Source: Octopus sinensis
Taxonomy: Eukaryota
NCBI RefSeq assembly: GCF_006345805.1
Contig: NC_043011.1
Coordinates: 40,002,464-40,066,463, forward strand
Length of the DNA stretch: 64,000 nt
Direction of reading: 5' to 3'
Shown here: positions 1-11,925 of the stretch, piece after piece
How positions within the stretch are numbered: the first letter of the stretch is position 1
Layout of the letters: each line of letters begins with the position of its first letter
Made by a program: the position numbers and the translations under genes
The notes under the pieces: generated by a model
Database searches by the model: none
What the model was told of the DNA's origin: nothing
What the model saw: only the letters and a program-made list of their open reading frames with translations

Positions 1-880
1 GGCGAAGACCACCATGGACATGTGTAGGCTTGAAAGAAATGAAGTTAGCACGCTCTGCTGGATGTGCAATGTCAGTGTGCATGTGTCAGAGAGTGTAAGT
101 ATCTTGAGAGAAAAGTTGGACATTAGAGGCATCAGATGTAGTGTGCAAGAGAGACAGCTGTGCTGGTATGGTCATATGGTGTGTATGAACAAGGACAGCT
201 GTGTAAACAAGTGCTGATCTCTAACTGTGGAGGAACCTGTGGAAGAGGTAGACTCAGGGTGACATGGGATGAGGTGATGAAGCATGATCTTTGAATGTTG
301 GGCTTCATGGAGGCAATGACTAGTGACTGAGACCTTTGGTGATATGCTGTGCTTGAGAAAAACCATCAAGCCAAGTGAAATTGTAGTCGTGGCCAATGCT
401 GGTGTTAAGTATCTGGCACCTGTGCCAGTGGCATGTAAAAAGCTCCTTTTGAGCGTTGGGCCCCACAGAGGCAATATGGCCAATGCCAGTGTCACGTAAC
501 TAGCACCCATGCCAGTGACATGTAAAAAGCACCTTTCAAGCATTGGGCCTCTTGGAAGCAATGACAAATGACTGAGACCTTCGGCAATATGGCATGCTTG
601 AGTATGACTGAATATGGCAGTATGCTGTGCTTGAGTAGAAGACCCAAGTCAAGTGAAATCATAGTTGTCGCAGATACTGGTGTCATGCAGTTGGCACAAG
701 TGCCGGTGGCATGTAAAAGCACCCAGTATATTCTGTAAAGTGGTTGGCATTAGGAAGGGCATCCAGCCATAGAAACCATGCCAAATTAGACTGGAGTCTG
801 GTGCAACCCCTCAGCTTACCAGCCCTGGTCAAACCATTTGGCCCATGCCAGCATGGACAACAGATAATGATGATGATGGT
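1..880 (+). mobile_element. RTE-type LINE 3' end (ORF2 C-terminus, duplicated segments, 3' UTR, (GAT)n tail)
   Basis: LREKLDIRGIRCSVQERQLCWYGH peptide; ggttggcattaggaagggcatccagc motif; gatgatgat tail. Confidence 0.8.
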
Positions 881-1485
881 ATGGAATGGTCAAATTTTTC
901 AAACTCTATGAGACAGTGTAAAAACCAACATGGAAGAGAAAATTATTGCTTACTGCCTTTTTTATTTGCACTTAGGGTCAGTTAACAAAGCTACTGTAGC
1001 AATCAGTAGTTTAGTGCTACTAGCAGAATGACTAAAATGCTTTTTTACACGCATGCATGCACGCACGCATGCACACACACACACACACACAGTGAGAAGT
1101 GCTATGCATGGAACCCCAAAATGTTTACACACTCGCAAGAGAACTTACTGAGAGCTGTAAATCAGATGACCTGTGACTGATGCAAGGTTGCAGTCAGATG
1201 GAAGGTCACTATGATGGAACTTAAAGCAGAATACAAACCATGATTTCCACATAAGCTATGGCAGCATTGCTGTTTCCAAAGTTTTATTTTCGTTTCTCTA
1301 TTATTAATTTTACTCATGTCTCTATCTTAGTAGGAACTGACGGATAAAGAAATCAAACTACATAAACAAACGGCAGCAAAACTGTTCAGAAGTTAAATAA
1401 TACTAGCATATTTAGTAACAATAATAAATTTAATTTATCCTTGACAAATTTTAGTTTTATCAATTTTGAATATATCTATTCCAAG

Positions 1486-1545
1486 CTTCAGCAACTCTTA
1501 GGTGTACCAACTGTGATGGTACACAGTCTACCAGTTGTGGTAATG
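1486..1545 (+). CDS. Candidate upstream exon of the uncharacterised EF-hand-like gene (LQQLLGVPTVMVHSLPVVVM)
   Basis: ttccaag acceptor and gtaaga donor; 60 nt, open, ends in phase 0 and joins the 4589 exon in frame. No homology support. Confidence 0.4.
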
Positions 1546-2014
1546 GTAAGAGGTCTGGAGGGATGGTCACAATACATTACTGGTCTTGTGATAAGTGGCT
1601 CGTTAAAGATTCTTACTATTCAGTGGGGGGGGGTCCACTTTATTGAATGCAATCTGGAATTTACCCTGTAATCCAGTTGCTTAACAGTTAATGATATTGT
1701 CAACCTTTGCAGAGCACTTAGTGCCATAACTTTTTATTAATTGCTTTTTGTGAAGAAGGAAAATTTGATTGATTGATTGTTTTCATACACATAATGAGAA
1801 AAAGGCTTAATTAGAGAATAGTTTTGGCATATCTTTGAGTGGGATAATTACAAACATTGGTACAAGACCAAAGATTTATAGGTGGGTAGGGCACCTATAA
1901 CTCAGAACTCAGAATGTAAAAAGCTAAAAAAAAAATGCCACTGCATATTTTGTCTGGTGCTGTAATGATACTGCCAGTTCACCACCATAATAATAATAAT
2001 AATCATCATCATCG

Positions 2015-2180
2015 TGGAGGCGCAATGGCCTAGTGGTTAGGGCAGCGGACTTGCGGTCGGAGGATCGCGGTTTCGATTCCCAGACCGGGCGTTGTGTGTG
2101 TTTATTGAGCGAAAAACACCTAAAAGCTCCACGAGGCTCCGGCAGGAAGTGGTGATCCCTGCTGTACTCTTTCACCACTC
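2015..2180 (+). mobile_element. tRNA-derived SINE, family B, 5' part
   Basis: A box tggcctagtgg, B box ggtttcgattcc; homologous copies at 9833-10135, 17355-17650 and 19290-19480. Confidence 0.8.
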
Positions 2181-2254
2181 TAAAGGCGGTGCTCCAGCAT
2201 GGCCGCAGTCAAATGACTGAAACAAGTACAAAAAAAGAAAAAAAAAAAAAATCA

Positions 2255-2850
2255 TCATCATCGTCGTTTAACGTCCGCCTTCCATGCTAGCATGGGTTGG
2301 ATGATTTGACTGAGGACTGGCAATCCAGATGGCTGCACCAGACTCCAATCTGATCTGGCAGAGTTTCTACAGCTTGATGCCCTTCCTAATGCCAACCACT
2401 CCGAGAGTGTAGTGGGTGCTTTTACGTGCCACCGGCACAAGGGCCAGTCAGACAGTTCTGGCAATGATCATGCTCAAATGGTGCTTTTTATGTGCCACCT
2501 GCACAGGAGCCAGTCCAGCGGCACTGGCAACAACAACGACCTTGCTCGAATGTTTTTTCATGTGCCACCAGCACAAGTGCTAGTAAGGTGACACAGGTAA
2601 CAATCATGCTTGAATGGTGTGCTTAATGTGCCATCGGCACGGAGGCGAGCTTGTTGCTCTGGCAACGATCTCACTCATATGGTACTCTTAGTGCTCCACT
2701 AGCACGGATGCCAGTCATCGAATTTGATTTCGATTTCACTTGCCTCAACAGGTCTTTGCAAGCAGTATTTAGTGTCCAATGAAGGAGAGGCATGCTTAAT
2801 TGGACTGGTTACACCCCTGGCATAGGTCACAGTTTATGGTCTCACTTGCG
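2255..2850 (-). mobile_element. RTE-type 3' end with ~66-bp tandem units
   Basis: (CAT)n then cgtttaacgtccgc; repeated ggtgctttttacgtgccaccggcac cores. Confidence 0.8.
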
Positions 2851-2869
2851 CTTGCCGAAATAATAATCA

Positions 2870-3325
2870 TTTCTGCTAAAGGCACGAAGCCAGAAATTCT
2901 GAGAGAGGGGGTTAGACAATTATATCGACCCCAGTGCACTGCTGGTACTTATTTCATCAACCCTGAAAGGATGAAAGGCAAAGTCAACCTTGACGGAATT
3001 TGAACTCAGATCGTTAAGATGGATGAAATACCACTAAGCATTTTGCCCAGCATGCTAATGATTCTGTCAGCTCACTGCCTTCATAATGATAATAATAATG
3101 ATAATAATAATAATAGTGATAATGGTTTCAAATTTTAGCACAAGGCCAGCAATTCCAGGGGAGTGGGTAAGTGCCCAGCTGGTACTTAATCTATCAACCC
3201 TGAAAAGATGAAAAGCAAAGTTGGCCTTGGTGGAATTTGAACTCAGAATGAACAGATGGGCGAAATGCCTCTAAGCATTTTGCCTGGCATGCTAACAATT
3301 CTCCCAGCTTGCCACCTTAATTAAT
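2870..3325 (-). mobile_element. Two tandem copies of SINE family C
   Basis: cgacccc...gaaaggatgaaaggcaaagtcaacct...tgaactcaga core repeated twice with (TAA)n spacers. Confidence 0.75.
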
Positions 3326-3529
3326 AATAATAATGATAACAACAACTACAACAACTATAGTAGCAATAACAACCACAATATGGTGGACTCAAAATATGGC
3401 CATCTGCAGCACAAAAACTCGAAGAGACCAGGTGGTTATCTAAACACTTACTGAATCAGGTGTGTAGTTTGTCCATCAATGCGACATAGACCATCTAGTC
3501 ATCCTGGGGTGGAAGTGGGCTTGTTTTGT

Positions 3530-3875
3530 GAGTCCACAGATGGCTAGTGAGGCCAATCTGCGCCCGAAAGAGTCTTTCACAGTGTGGACAGGGAATGGTA
3601 GCGCCTGCTACAGGGTTGTTAGCTCTGTACTTCCTGGCTTGTCTGCAGTCTTCTGCAGCAGCGATCGTATTTGTCTTGCATGTGTTGGTACCCTTGTGGA
3701 CAGCTGATCACCACCCTTCTCTGTCTAGAGCAGACTGCTCCCAAGTGTCATGGTCGAAGTTGAAGGCTTTCGGTGTGTCCTTAAAGTGCTTCTTCTGGCT
3801 GCCTTGTGAGTGCTTTCCCTTTTGCAGCTTGCCAAAGAGCAATCTTTTTGGTAATCGATCATCTGACATGTGAAC
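3530..3875 (-). mobile_element. Degenerate RTE-BovB-like ORF2 C-terminal fragment
   Basis: MSDDRLPKRLLFGKL...KDT...WEQSALDR..W and CPHCERLFRAQIGLTSH zinc-knuckle-like peptide. Confidence 0.75.
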
Positions 3876-3977
3876 TAAAAGATGGAATAACAAATATGGG
3901 TGGCAATAATTTATTCATATGAATGAATCAGGTGTAAAACAGAAGTCAAATAGACATTATTCTCATCAGAAAATGGG

Positions 3978-4385
3978 ATAGGTGCAGGTGTGGCTGTGTG
4001 TTAAGAAGTTTGCTTCCCAACTACATTGTTCCAAGTTCAATCCCACTACTTTGCATCTCAGGCAAGTGTCTTCTACTATAGCATCAGGTCGACCAAAACC
4101 TTGTGAGTAGATTTGGTAGATGGAAACTGAAAGAAGCCTATCATGCATACTTAGATAAGTGTGTGGTGTGTTTTTGTGTCCATGTTTGTCCCCTGCTACC
4201 ACTTGACAACTGGTCTTGGTGCGTTTATGTCCCCTTAACTTAGAAGTTCAGCAAAAGAGACTGATACAATAAGTGCCAGGCTAAAATAGATACTGGTATT
4301 CAATACATTTGACTGAAACTTTTTCAAGGAGGTGCCCCAGCATGGCCACAGTCTAATGACTGAAACAAGTAAAAGATAAAAGAAG
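3978..4385 (+). mobile_element. Major tRNA-derived SINE, family A, near full length
   Basis: ggtgcaggtgtggctgtgtg head, CORE-like gggcaagtgtctt, gactgaaacaagtaaaag tail; more than 20 copies in the window. Confidence 0.85.
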
Positions 4386-4588
4386 TTGTAAATTCTAAAT
4401 CTTTTCCTGTTGAAGACTGCATCACTCAGCAAAGTTTAATGATTAATGACTTATGAGTAAAAGGTCACCAAACTCTGAAGATAATATGAAAATGAAGAAC
4501 CTCCTGTAAGTCCAAAGTCCACCTTTACAAACATGCAATTTTGTTTCCTTGCTAAAAATATTTCTATTTTTTTTCATTCATTTCGCAG

Positions 4589-4669
4589 CCAAAAGATGTT
4601 GATTTTTTCCAGTTTGTTGTTGTTCCACCGAAAGTTACCAAAATAATTTCTCTTGGTTCCTCAAAGACA
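4589..4669 (+). CDS. Exon of uncharacterised EF-hand-like gene (PKDVDFFQFVVVPPKVTKIISLGSSKT)
   Basis: Strong polypyrimidine tract plus tttcgcag acceptor, gtaagt donor, 81 nt open, phase 0/0. Confidence 0.75.
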
Positions 4670-5032
4670 GTAAGTTTTACATTCAATGTTCTTTATTCAT
4701 ATGAAATGTTATATAGTTATACATAGATAGGTCATGTTACAAGGTGAAGATAGTGCTTTACAGCTGTTTCAAACGTTCTTTTTTTAAATTCCCTCACCTT
4801 ATAGTTTGTCTCTATCTTTTCTTTCTCTCTCAGTTTGCTTCATCCGCCTTTAATCTATCTTTCTCACCCTATCTCTCTACCTTCTGCTTTGCCTGCAACG
4901 TATTCAGTTAAATGTAAAAGCACATTGTGTGTGCATTTACATATGTACTCAAATGAAATGGGATCAAGAATCCAGGCAATTACTGCAGTTAGTACTCTTG
5001 CAAATACCAGTGAACAGAACATATAGAATACA

Positions 5033-5485
5033 TCATCATTTAGCGTCCGCTTTCCATGCTGGCATGGGTTGGACGGTTCAACTGGGGTCTGGGAAGCCAG
5101 AAGGCTGCACCAGGCCCAGTCTGATCTGGCAATGTTTCTACGGCTGGATGCCCTTCCTAACGCCAACCACTCCGTGAGTGTAGTGGGTGCTTAGATAGCC
5201 ACGGTCGGATGGTGCTTTTTATGTGCCACCGGCACGGGGGCCAGGTGAGGCTGGCAATGGCCACGATCAGATGGTGCTTTTTACGTGCCACCAGCACAGG
5301 TGCCAGATGGCCACGGTCGGATGGTGCTTTTTACGTGCCACTGGCACGGGGGCCAGGCAAGGCTGGCAACGGCCATGATCGGATGGTGCTTTTTACGTGC
5401 CACCGGCACGGAGGCCCGTCGGGGCGGCACTGGCAACGGCCACGTTCGGATGGTTCGCTTACGTGCCACCGGCAGGCTGTAACCA
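5033..5485 (-). mobile_element. RTE-type 3' end with array of five hairpin-core units
   Basis: catcatcatttagcgtccgc start; repeats of cggatggtgctttttacgtgccaccggcac. Confidence 0.8.
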
Positions 5486-6459
5486 AGAAATAAATGTGAT
5501 GATGGTACCTCCATTCCATGTACATATGTGTGTACACACACACACACACACACACACATACAGAGTGGGTGACAAAATGTTAGTATAAGCATGGAATAGA
5601 TGTACATTGAATTAGTTCTTAAAATCAAACTTCCTAATTGGAGTAAAGTAGTCTAGCAGAACAAGAGTTGGCTATGAAATACATAACTTGAGTGAGTAAT
5701 AAAGAGACAAAAGATGGAATAACAAATATGGGTGGCAATAATTTATTCATATGAAATATTATATAGTTATACATAGATAGGTCATGTTACGAGGTGAAGA
5801 TAGTGCTTTACAGCTGTTTCAAACGTTCAGTGACTGGTCAATGGATAAAAAGCATAAAGCCTCTTGTTGAGTCATATAGACTCACAGACCCAATTTCTTA
5901 GTTTCCGTGGCACATATACTCTCTGCTGGATGGGATGCTGGTCTGTCACAGGAATATTCATTTTTACCAGCTGAGTGGACTGGAGCAATGTGAAATGAAG
6001 TGTTTTGCTCAAGAATACAATACAATGTTTTGCATCATCCTGTCCTGGAATCAAAATCACAATCTTATGATCATAAGTGCAGCACCCTATCCACTAAGCC
6101 ATGCACCTCCACATGACTGGTCAATGCTTATGATGCAAACAAGTGTCCTACCCATGCCAGTATGTGAAGCAGATATTAAACAATAGTGATGATGATGATG
6201 ATATATATCTAATGAGGAAATAATTATACACAGCACATAAGCAAGCTTTCTGCAACTTTGCATAGGCCTCTGAGCAGGTATCACCATGACAGCTTTCTCT
6301 GTCATAGCCAATGCAGTGGTCACATGCTACACACCTTCCTTCCAAGCACTGCTGTAAACAGCGGAAGTGAGCTAGAGTGTTAAAACTTAGTGTGCACATG
6401 CACAGCAGAGTTCAAGGTCAATCTGTACTGTACAGCTTCACTCTGCGTGCTGTAGCTTC

Positions 6460-6473
6460 GTTACTATGGCAAC
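6460..6473. promoter_or_regulatory. RFX X-box-like palindrome GTTACTATGGCAAC
   Basis: Matches the GTTRCYATGGYAAC consensus; CCAAT at 6308 and CGGAAGTG at 6362 lie nearby. Confidence 0.4.
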
Positions 6474-6642
6474 AGCCTGGATACTTATTGATCAGACCTC
6501 ATACTAACACATACATGTGTGCTCACACACACACACACACACACACACATTTGCTTTTTTTCATTCATTTAGTTAAATGTTTCTCAGGAATTCGATTTCA
6601 TGACATTTTCTTTGTCTTCCTTTTTCCTTCTCCTCATTTAAG

Positions 6643-6729
6643 TTGGGTTGTCAGAACTGCTGCCATGATCATCCAGTCTGCGAGAGATATGAGTCTCACC
6701 TTTCCAACCAATTACGAAGGTGCCAGTCG
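6643..6729 (+). CDS. Candidate Cys/His-rich exon (LGCQNCCHDHPVCERYESHLSNQLRRCQS)
   Basis: Long pyrimidine tract plus taag acceptor, gtgagt donor, 87 nt open, phase 0/0 matching both neighbours. Confidence 0.6.
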
Positions 6730-6844
6730 GTGAGTAACAGTATTCTTCCCTCTTTACCATACATTGTCTCTTGTCCTTTACAATTGATTGACAGATGTTA
6801 GATTTAGGGTCAGGTAATAGGGCCACACGGGTTCAAGTTATAAT

Positions 6845-7395
6845 GTGACTTTGTGTGTGCATGTGGCTTTGTGTGTGTGTGTGTGTGTGTAGCTTTGTGT
6901 GTGTGCATGTCACTTTGTGTGTGTGTGTGTGCACGTGGCTTTGTGTGTGTGTGTGTGTGTGTGTGCGTGTGTAACTTTGTGTGTGTGCATGTCACTTTGT
7001 GTGTGTGTGTGCATGTGGCTTTGTGTGTGTGTGTATGTGTGTGTAGCTTTGTGTGTTTGTGTGTGGGTGTGCATGTGGCTTTGTGTGTGTGTGTATGTGT
7101 GTGTAGCTTTGTGTGTTTGTGTGTGTGTGTGCATGTGGCTTTGTGTGTGTGTGTATGTGTGTGTAGCTTTGTGTGTTTGTGTGTGGGTGTGCATGTGGCT
7201 TTGTGTGTGTGTGTGTATGTGTGTGTGTGTGTGCAAGCACGAGAGTGTATGCGCATGTGGCTTTGTGTGTGTCTGGCTTTGTGTGTGTATGTGGCTTTGT
7301 ATGTGTGTGGTTTCTTGTGTTTGTGAGTGTGTGTAGCTTTGCATGTGCATGTAGCTTGTGTATGTGTGTGCGTGTATTTGTGTGGCTTTGAGTGT
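6845..7395. repeat. Compound (GT)-based minisatellite with 60-bp higher-order repeat
   Basis: Lines 7021, 7081 and 7141 are near identical; gcatgtggcttt/gtagcttt punctuation. Confidence 0.9.
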
Positions 7396-7774
7396 ATATT
7401 TGTATGCCACTCAGTGAGCCTCTATATGAATACGTGCCTCTCTCTGAGTGCTTCAATTTGTGTCTTCCTGTGTATGCATTCATCATGCATGTAGCAGAAT
7501 GCTGGGCAAAATTGTATTTGTTTGTTTGTTTTATAGCTGCTTATATAATGCATAATGTATGCACACTTATGTGTATATGTGTCTCTTTCTTTCTGTTTCT
7601 CTCTCTCTCTCTCTCTCTCACTGTGTACTTGTGTTTGTATATGCATGTCTCTGTGAGTGCAGTTTGTGTCTTTCCTATGTACAGGTGCTGGGTGCAAATG
7701 GTGTGAATGTTTGTTAAGGAAAGAAAATCGTAATTTTGAGGGTTTTCTAGCTCCTTATGTAGTGTGTGTGTGTG

Positions 7775-8071
7775 CTAAGTCACAGGGAAGCAAACACATC
7801 AACACCAGTTTTCAAGCGATGGTGGGGGGGACATACATACATACATAGATACATGTATGTATATATAATGGACTTCTTTCAGTTTCCATCAACCAAATCC
7901 ACTCACAAAGCTTTGGTCAGCCTGAGGTTATAGTAGAAGACACTTGCCCAAGGTGCCACCAACCACATAGTTCCAGGCTCAGTCTCACTGTGTGGCACCT
8001 TCTGCTATAATCTTGGGCTGATCAAAGCTTTGTGAGTGGATTTGGTAGACAGAAACTGAAAGAAGCCCATC

Positions 8072-8168
<97 letters not shown>

Positions 8169-8400
8169 CACACATATATATATATGTGTGCATGTGTGTA
8201 TTTGTGTGTCCGTTTGTCCCCCCATCTTCGCTTGACAACCGATGCTGGTATGTTTTTGTCCCTGTAACTTAGCGGTTCAGCAAATGACATCGATAGAATA
8301 AGTATTAGTCTTACAAAGAATAAGTCTTCGGGTCAATTTGTCTGACTATAGGTGGTGCTCCAGCATGGCCACAGTCAAATGACTGAAACGAGTAAAAGAA
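7775..8400. mobile_element. Two adjacent SINE A pieces in opposite orientation with internal (TA)/(CA) tract
   Basis: Minus copy 7775-7960, plus copy 7960-8400. Confidence 0.8.
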
Positions 8401-8519
8401 TACATATATACATACACACACACACACACACATATAATATTTTTATATGATCAAATGTATGGAAGCATGGTGTTATATAAAGTCATTGACTCAAATTTGA
8501 TGTTTGTTCTCTGATCAAT

Positions 8520-8597
<78 letters not shown>

Positions 8598-8782
8598 TGT
8601 ATGTACATATATATATATATAAATTAGTGTACATTTAAACACAAAAGAGGTGAGCCTTAACAGGTCGCCTTACATACTAGAAGGAACAGTTAAAAAGTCC
8701 AAACCACAGTTAAGAGCAATTTTGAAGGGAATGAATAATAAAAACATTTATCGTGTTTTACAGCTGGCTCTTTAATTTTAAG

Positions 8783-8817
<35 letters not shown>

Positions 8818-8836
8818 TATATTATTTCTGCTGCAG

Positions 8837-8912
8837 GATGTTGCTGAGGATAAAATATCTTCTACGAAAGTAAAGAATGAAGTGCTCACAACTCGCCACT
8901 CAGTTTCTGCAG
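8837..8912 (+). CDS. Exon of uncharacterised EF-hand-like gene (DVAEDKISSTKVKNEVLTTRHSVSA)
   Basis: ctgcag acceptor, gtaagc donor, phase 0/1. Confidence 0.8.
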
Positions 8913-9524
8913 GTAAGCCGCATCACAACTTTTCTTTGCTTGAGGAGGATGAGGAGGGTGTGTTGTTATTGTTATTTAGTCCCTGCTTATATACCAGAGT
9001 ATTATCCCCTGTTGTGGTGGCTTATAGTCAAATCCATGATTATCCCATTTTTTTCATCCATCTTTACCAAATCATGGGTGGTGGGCCAACCGGTGGATAT
9101 GTGCATATGTAAAGATATTGCATATGTGTTTATGTATGGATGGATGTGTATGTATGCAGTATAGATATATAGATGGATGTGTTTATAGATGAATTGACAG
9201 ATGTATGTATGTTTGTATGTATGTATGTATTGGTGTATGGATCCGAGCATGTTTGTTATATGGAAAGATAATGTGTATGTTTGTGTGTGTATGGATGGAT
9301 GGATGTGGATGTCTGTATGTATGTGTGTGTGTGTTTATGTGACTGAATCTGAATGTGTGTCTATCTTGAGAAACCCTTTGCTGTCAGATGAAAGAACAAC
9401 TTCCTGAAATTTATGAAATTTGGGCAACAAAATTAATACAAAAAATAAAATATACTTCTAATGATTTTTTGTTTGTTTTGCATATTTTTGTTCTGTTTTT
9501 TACCTTCCTCTTTTCTCCTTTGAG

Positions 9525-9728
9525 GTATCAACGGCCGAGCCATGAAAAAAACCACATCTTGGAACAGTTTCCAGGGTCTGTTGAGAAATAATTCCATGCC
9601 AGAAAGCAATCACGTGGTCCAAAAACATGCAGTTCCACCTGCGTCACCATCTAGCGCTGAAGATGCTATTCAAAACACTCTTGAAGCCTTAGACATGGAA
9701 TCTCCAGAAAAGTTACCAATGCTTTCTG
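9525..9728 (+). CDS. Exon of uncharacterised EF-hand-like gene (GINGRAMKKTTSWNSF...PEKLPMLS)
   Basis: Pyrimidine tract plus tttgag acceptor, gtcagt donor, 204 nt open, phase 1/1. Confidence 0.8.
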
Positions 9729-9832
9729 GTCAGTATTTTGATTCTAATTGTTTCTGTTCAATCAGTGTTTCCACTCCTTTTGACCTTGTGCCTTTAGAAG
9801 ACAGTTGGACTCGCAGCTCTTATTAGTTGTTT

Positions 9833-10135
9833 AGTTTGTTCCTTCTTGAGCCATGCCTGGCTCATAAGGGCCAGTTTCCAGGTTTCCTTGGCATATAGGT
9901 TCCCCACCTGGACGGGACACCAGTCCGTTGCAGGTGAACTGCAAGATGCAGGAGGAAAGAGTGAGAGAAAGTTATGGCGAAAGAGTCAGCAGAAGTTCGC
10001 CATTACCTTCTGCCGGAGCCACTTGGAGCTTAGGTGTTTCGCTAATAAACACACACATTGCCCGGTCTGAGATTCGAACCCACGATCCCTGGACTGGCAA
10101 GTCCACTGCCCTAACCACTAGACCATGTGTCTCCG
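9833..10135 (-). mobile_element. tRNA-derived SINE family B, full length
   Basis: Reverse A/B boxes; V-domain-like cctgcaacggactggtgtcccgtccagg; aacaa tail. Confidence 0.8.
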
Positions 10136-11438
10136 CAACTTGCAGCTCTCATTGGTCATTCTCATCCTCTTCTTGTGATGTTGTGCTTGATGTTAGTGGT
10201 GAATAAAAATGTATTTCTATGGCTGAGTATAGAAGTATTGACCAACCTTTACGAACAATTAACAGAAGCTTTATTTACTGCACATAGTGTTTTCTGTGTT
10301 GGCCTTTTGATAAAATCTAACAGCAGTAATTGTGTACAGTGAAAGACTGGGATTCTACAAACAGTTTAACTCATATAGCAATTATGGCTGGCCCATCACA
10401 ACTGGAAAATAATTGCACTACATTCATGATGACAAATCCATACCTTCTAACTGCTGTGAGGATAGAGACGTTGAGTGGCTGCTTCAACATTCTGGAGTGG
10501 CTACCAAAAGCTACCTTTATATTGGGCTCAATGAGAAAGTTTTAGGAAGTCAAATCATGCAATGGCTTAATGCTGATTGGTTGGTTAATTGGCCAATCAT
10601 GTGAAGCTACTGTGGCTTGGCTGTGATGTTTATTTGGCTATCCAGCAATTCAGTTTAGAATCTGCTACACTTTCTTCAAGATTTGAGTAGCCTGTAACTC
10701 TTCTACATCAAGAACCTACATGCCCTACCTTCTCTCATACTTTAAACCCTCATCCCTTTATACAAAGCCGCTCCATCCCACCTTAGCTTGGGTTTCATTG
10801 TCTTGCAAGCTGCATGGTGACTTGACTAGTGCCAGTGGTCTGAAAAGGAAGCACCCAATATATGCTGTCAAAACTACTGAAAAGGTTGCAAGGCACAATG
10901 AAAATTTTAGAAAAATAAAAGAGAAATAAGTGGAAATTTTACCGGTGAGTGTGTTAAATTATAGGGCACTAAGAGAGAATGACTCTCCCCAGGCACAACT
11001 ATATACATATACATATATGCATACATACTTACATGCATGCATACACACACACATATATATACATACGTACATATATGACAGGCTTCTTTCAGCTTCCGTC
11101 TACCAAATCCACTCACAACACTTTAGTCAGCCCAAGGCTAAAGTAGAAGACACTTGCCCAAGGTGCCATGCAGTGTTACTGAACCTAGAACCATGTGGCT
11201 GGTGAGCAAACTACTTACCACTCAGCTACTCCTGCATCTGTTAGTTTTATTTCAAGTATGGCGGCTTTAAAACAGAAGGTTTTATATTTTGATGTAACAA
11301 GTCTCAGTTGGGTTGGTATCAAAAGGGTTGAGACGAGTGTTGAGAATATAAAAACTAGATTTTCAGCTATTATTTTGTATTTTGAATTATTTCATTAAAA
11401 AGCTTCTATTTATTTTTTTTAATTTCCAAACTAATTAG

Positions 11439-11675
11439 GTAAACAAAAATCAAAATCATCTCTTCTGGCGGATACATCACTGAGTAATTCTTTGAAAGAG
11501 AAACAAACTTCAAAGAATTCTAAAAAGATCGAGAATCACACAGATGAAGGGAAGCTAAATTTGACAAAGAATACTGGTACTATCACAGACATGAGCAATA
11601 AAATTCAGGATCTGGAAATTCAATTTGCTAAGGACGCTGAAAACCTATCAAAGGACATCACTGGATATTTGGAAG
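11439..11675 (+). CDS. Exon of uncharacterised EF-hand-like gene (GKQKSKSSLL...KDITGYLE)
   Basis: aattag acceptor, gtaggg donor, 237 nt open, phase 1/1. Confidence 0.8.
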
Positions 11676-11744
11676 GTAGGGACATAGTTACATATTTTAT
11701 TCTTAAGAAGTGTGATATGATTTTGGAAAGCAATGTCTGGGATA

Positions 11745-11894
11745 CATTATTTACATTTGATGGAAATTTTTCCTCATCTTGTTTGTTGTTAACACAACGT
11801 TTCAGCTGATATACCCTCCAGCCTTCATCAGGTGTCTTGGGGAAATTTCGGACCTGGGTTTTCATTCCTAAGGTATTTTTCAACATCATCATCG

Positions 11895-11925
<31 letters not shown>

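Noticed and set aside
2015-2090. tRNA gene
   Set aside because: It has A and B boxes but no pairing acceptor stem, and it continues into a SINE body found in four copies.
5795-5865. Second hammerhead (minus-strand GAAAC-AGCT-GTA)
   Set aside because: Only the 3' half is present, with no CTGANGA upstream. The related piece at 4690-4778 is truncated before that point, and the piece at 3877-3925 does not reach the motif.
10330-10604. Overlapping short ORFs as a nested gene or exon
   Set aside because: No recognisable domain, and the flanking exons already join in frame.
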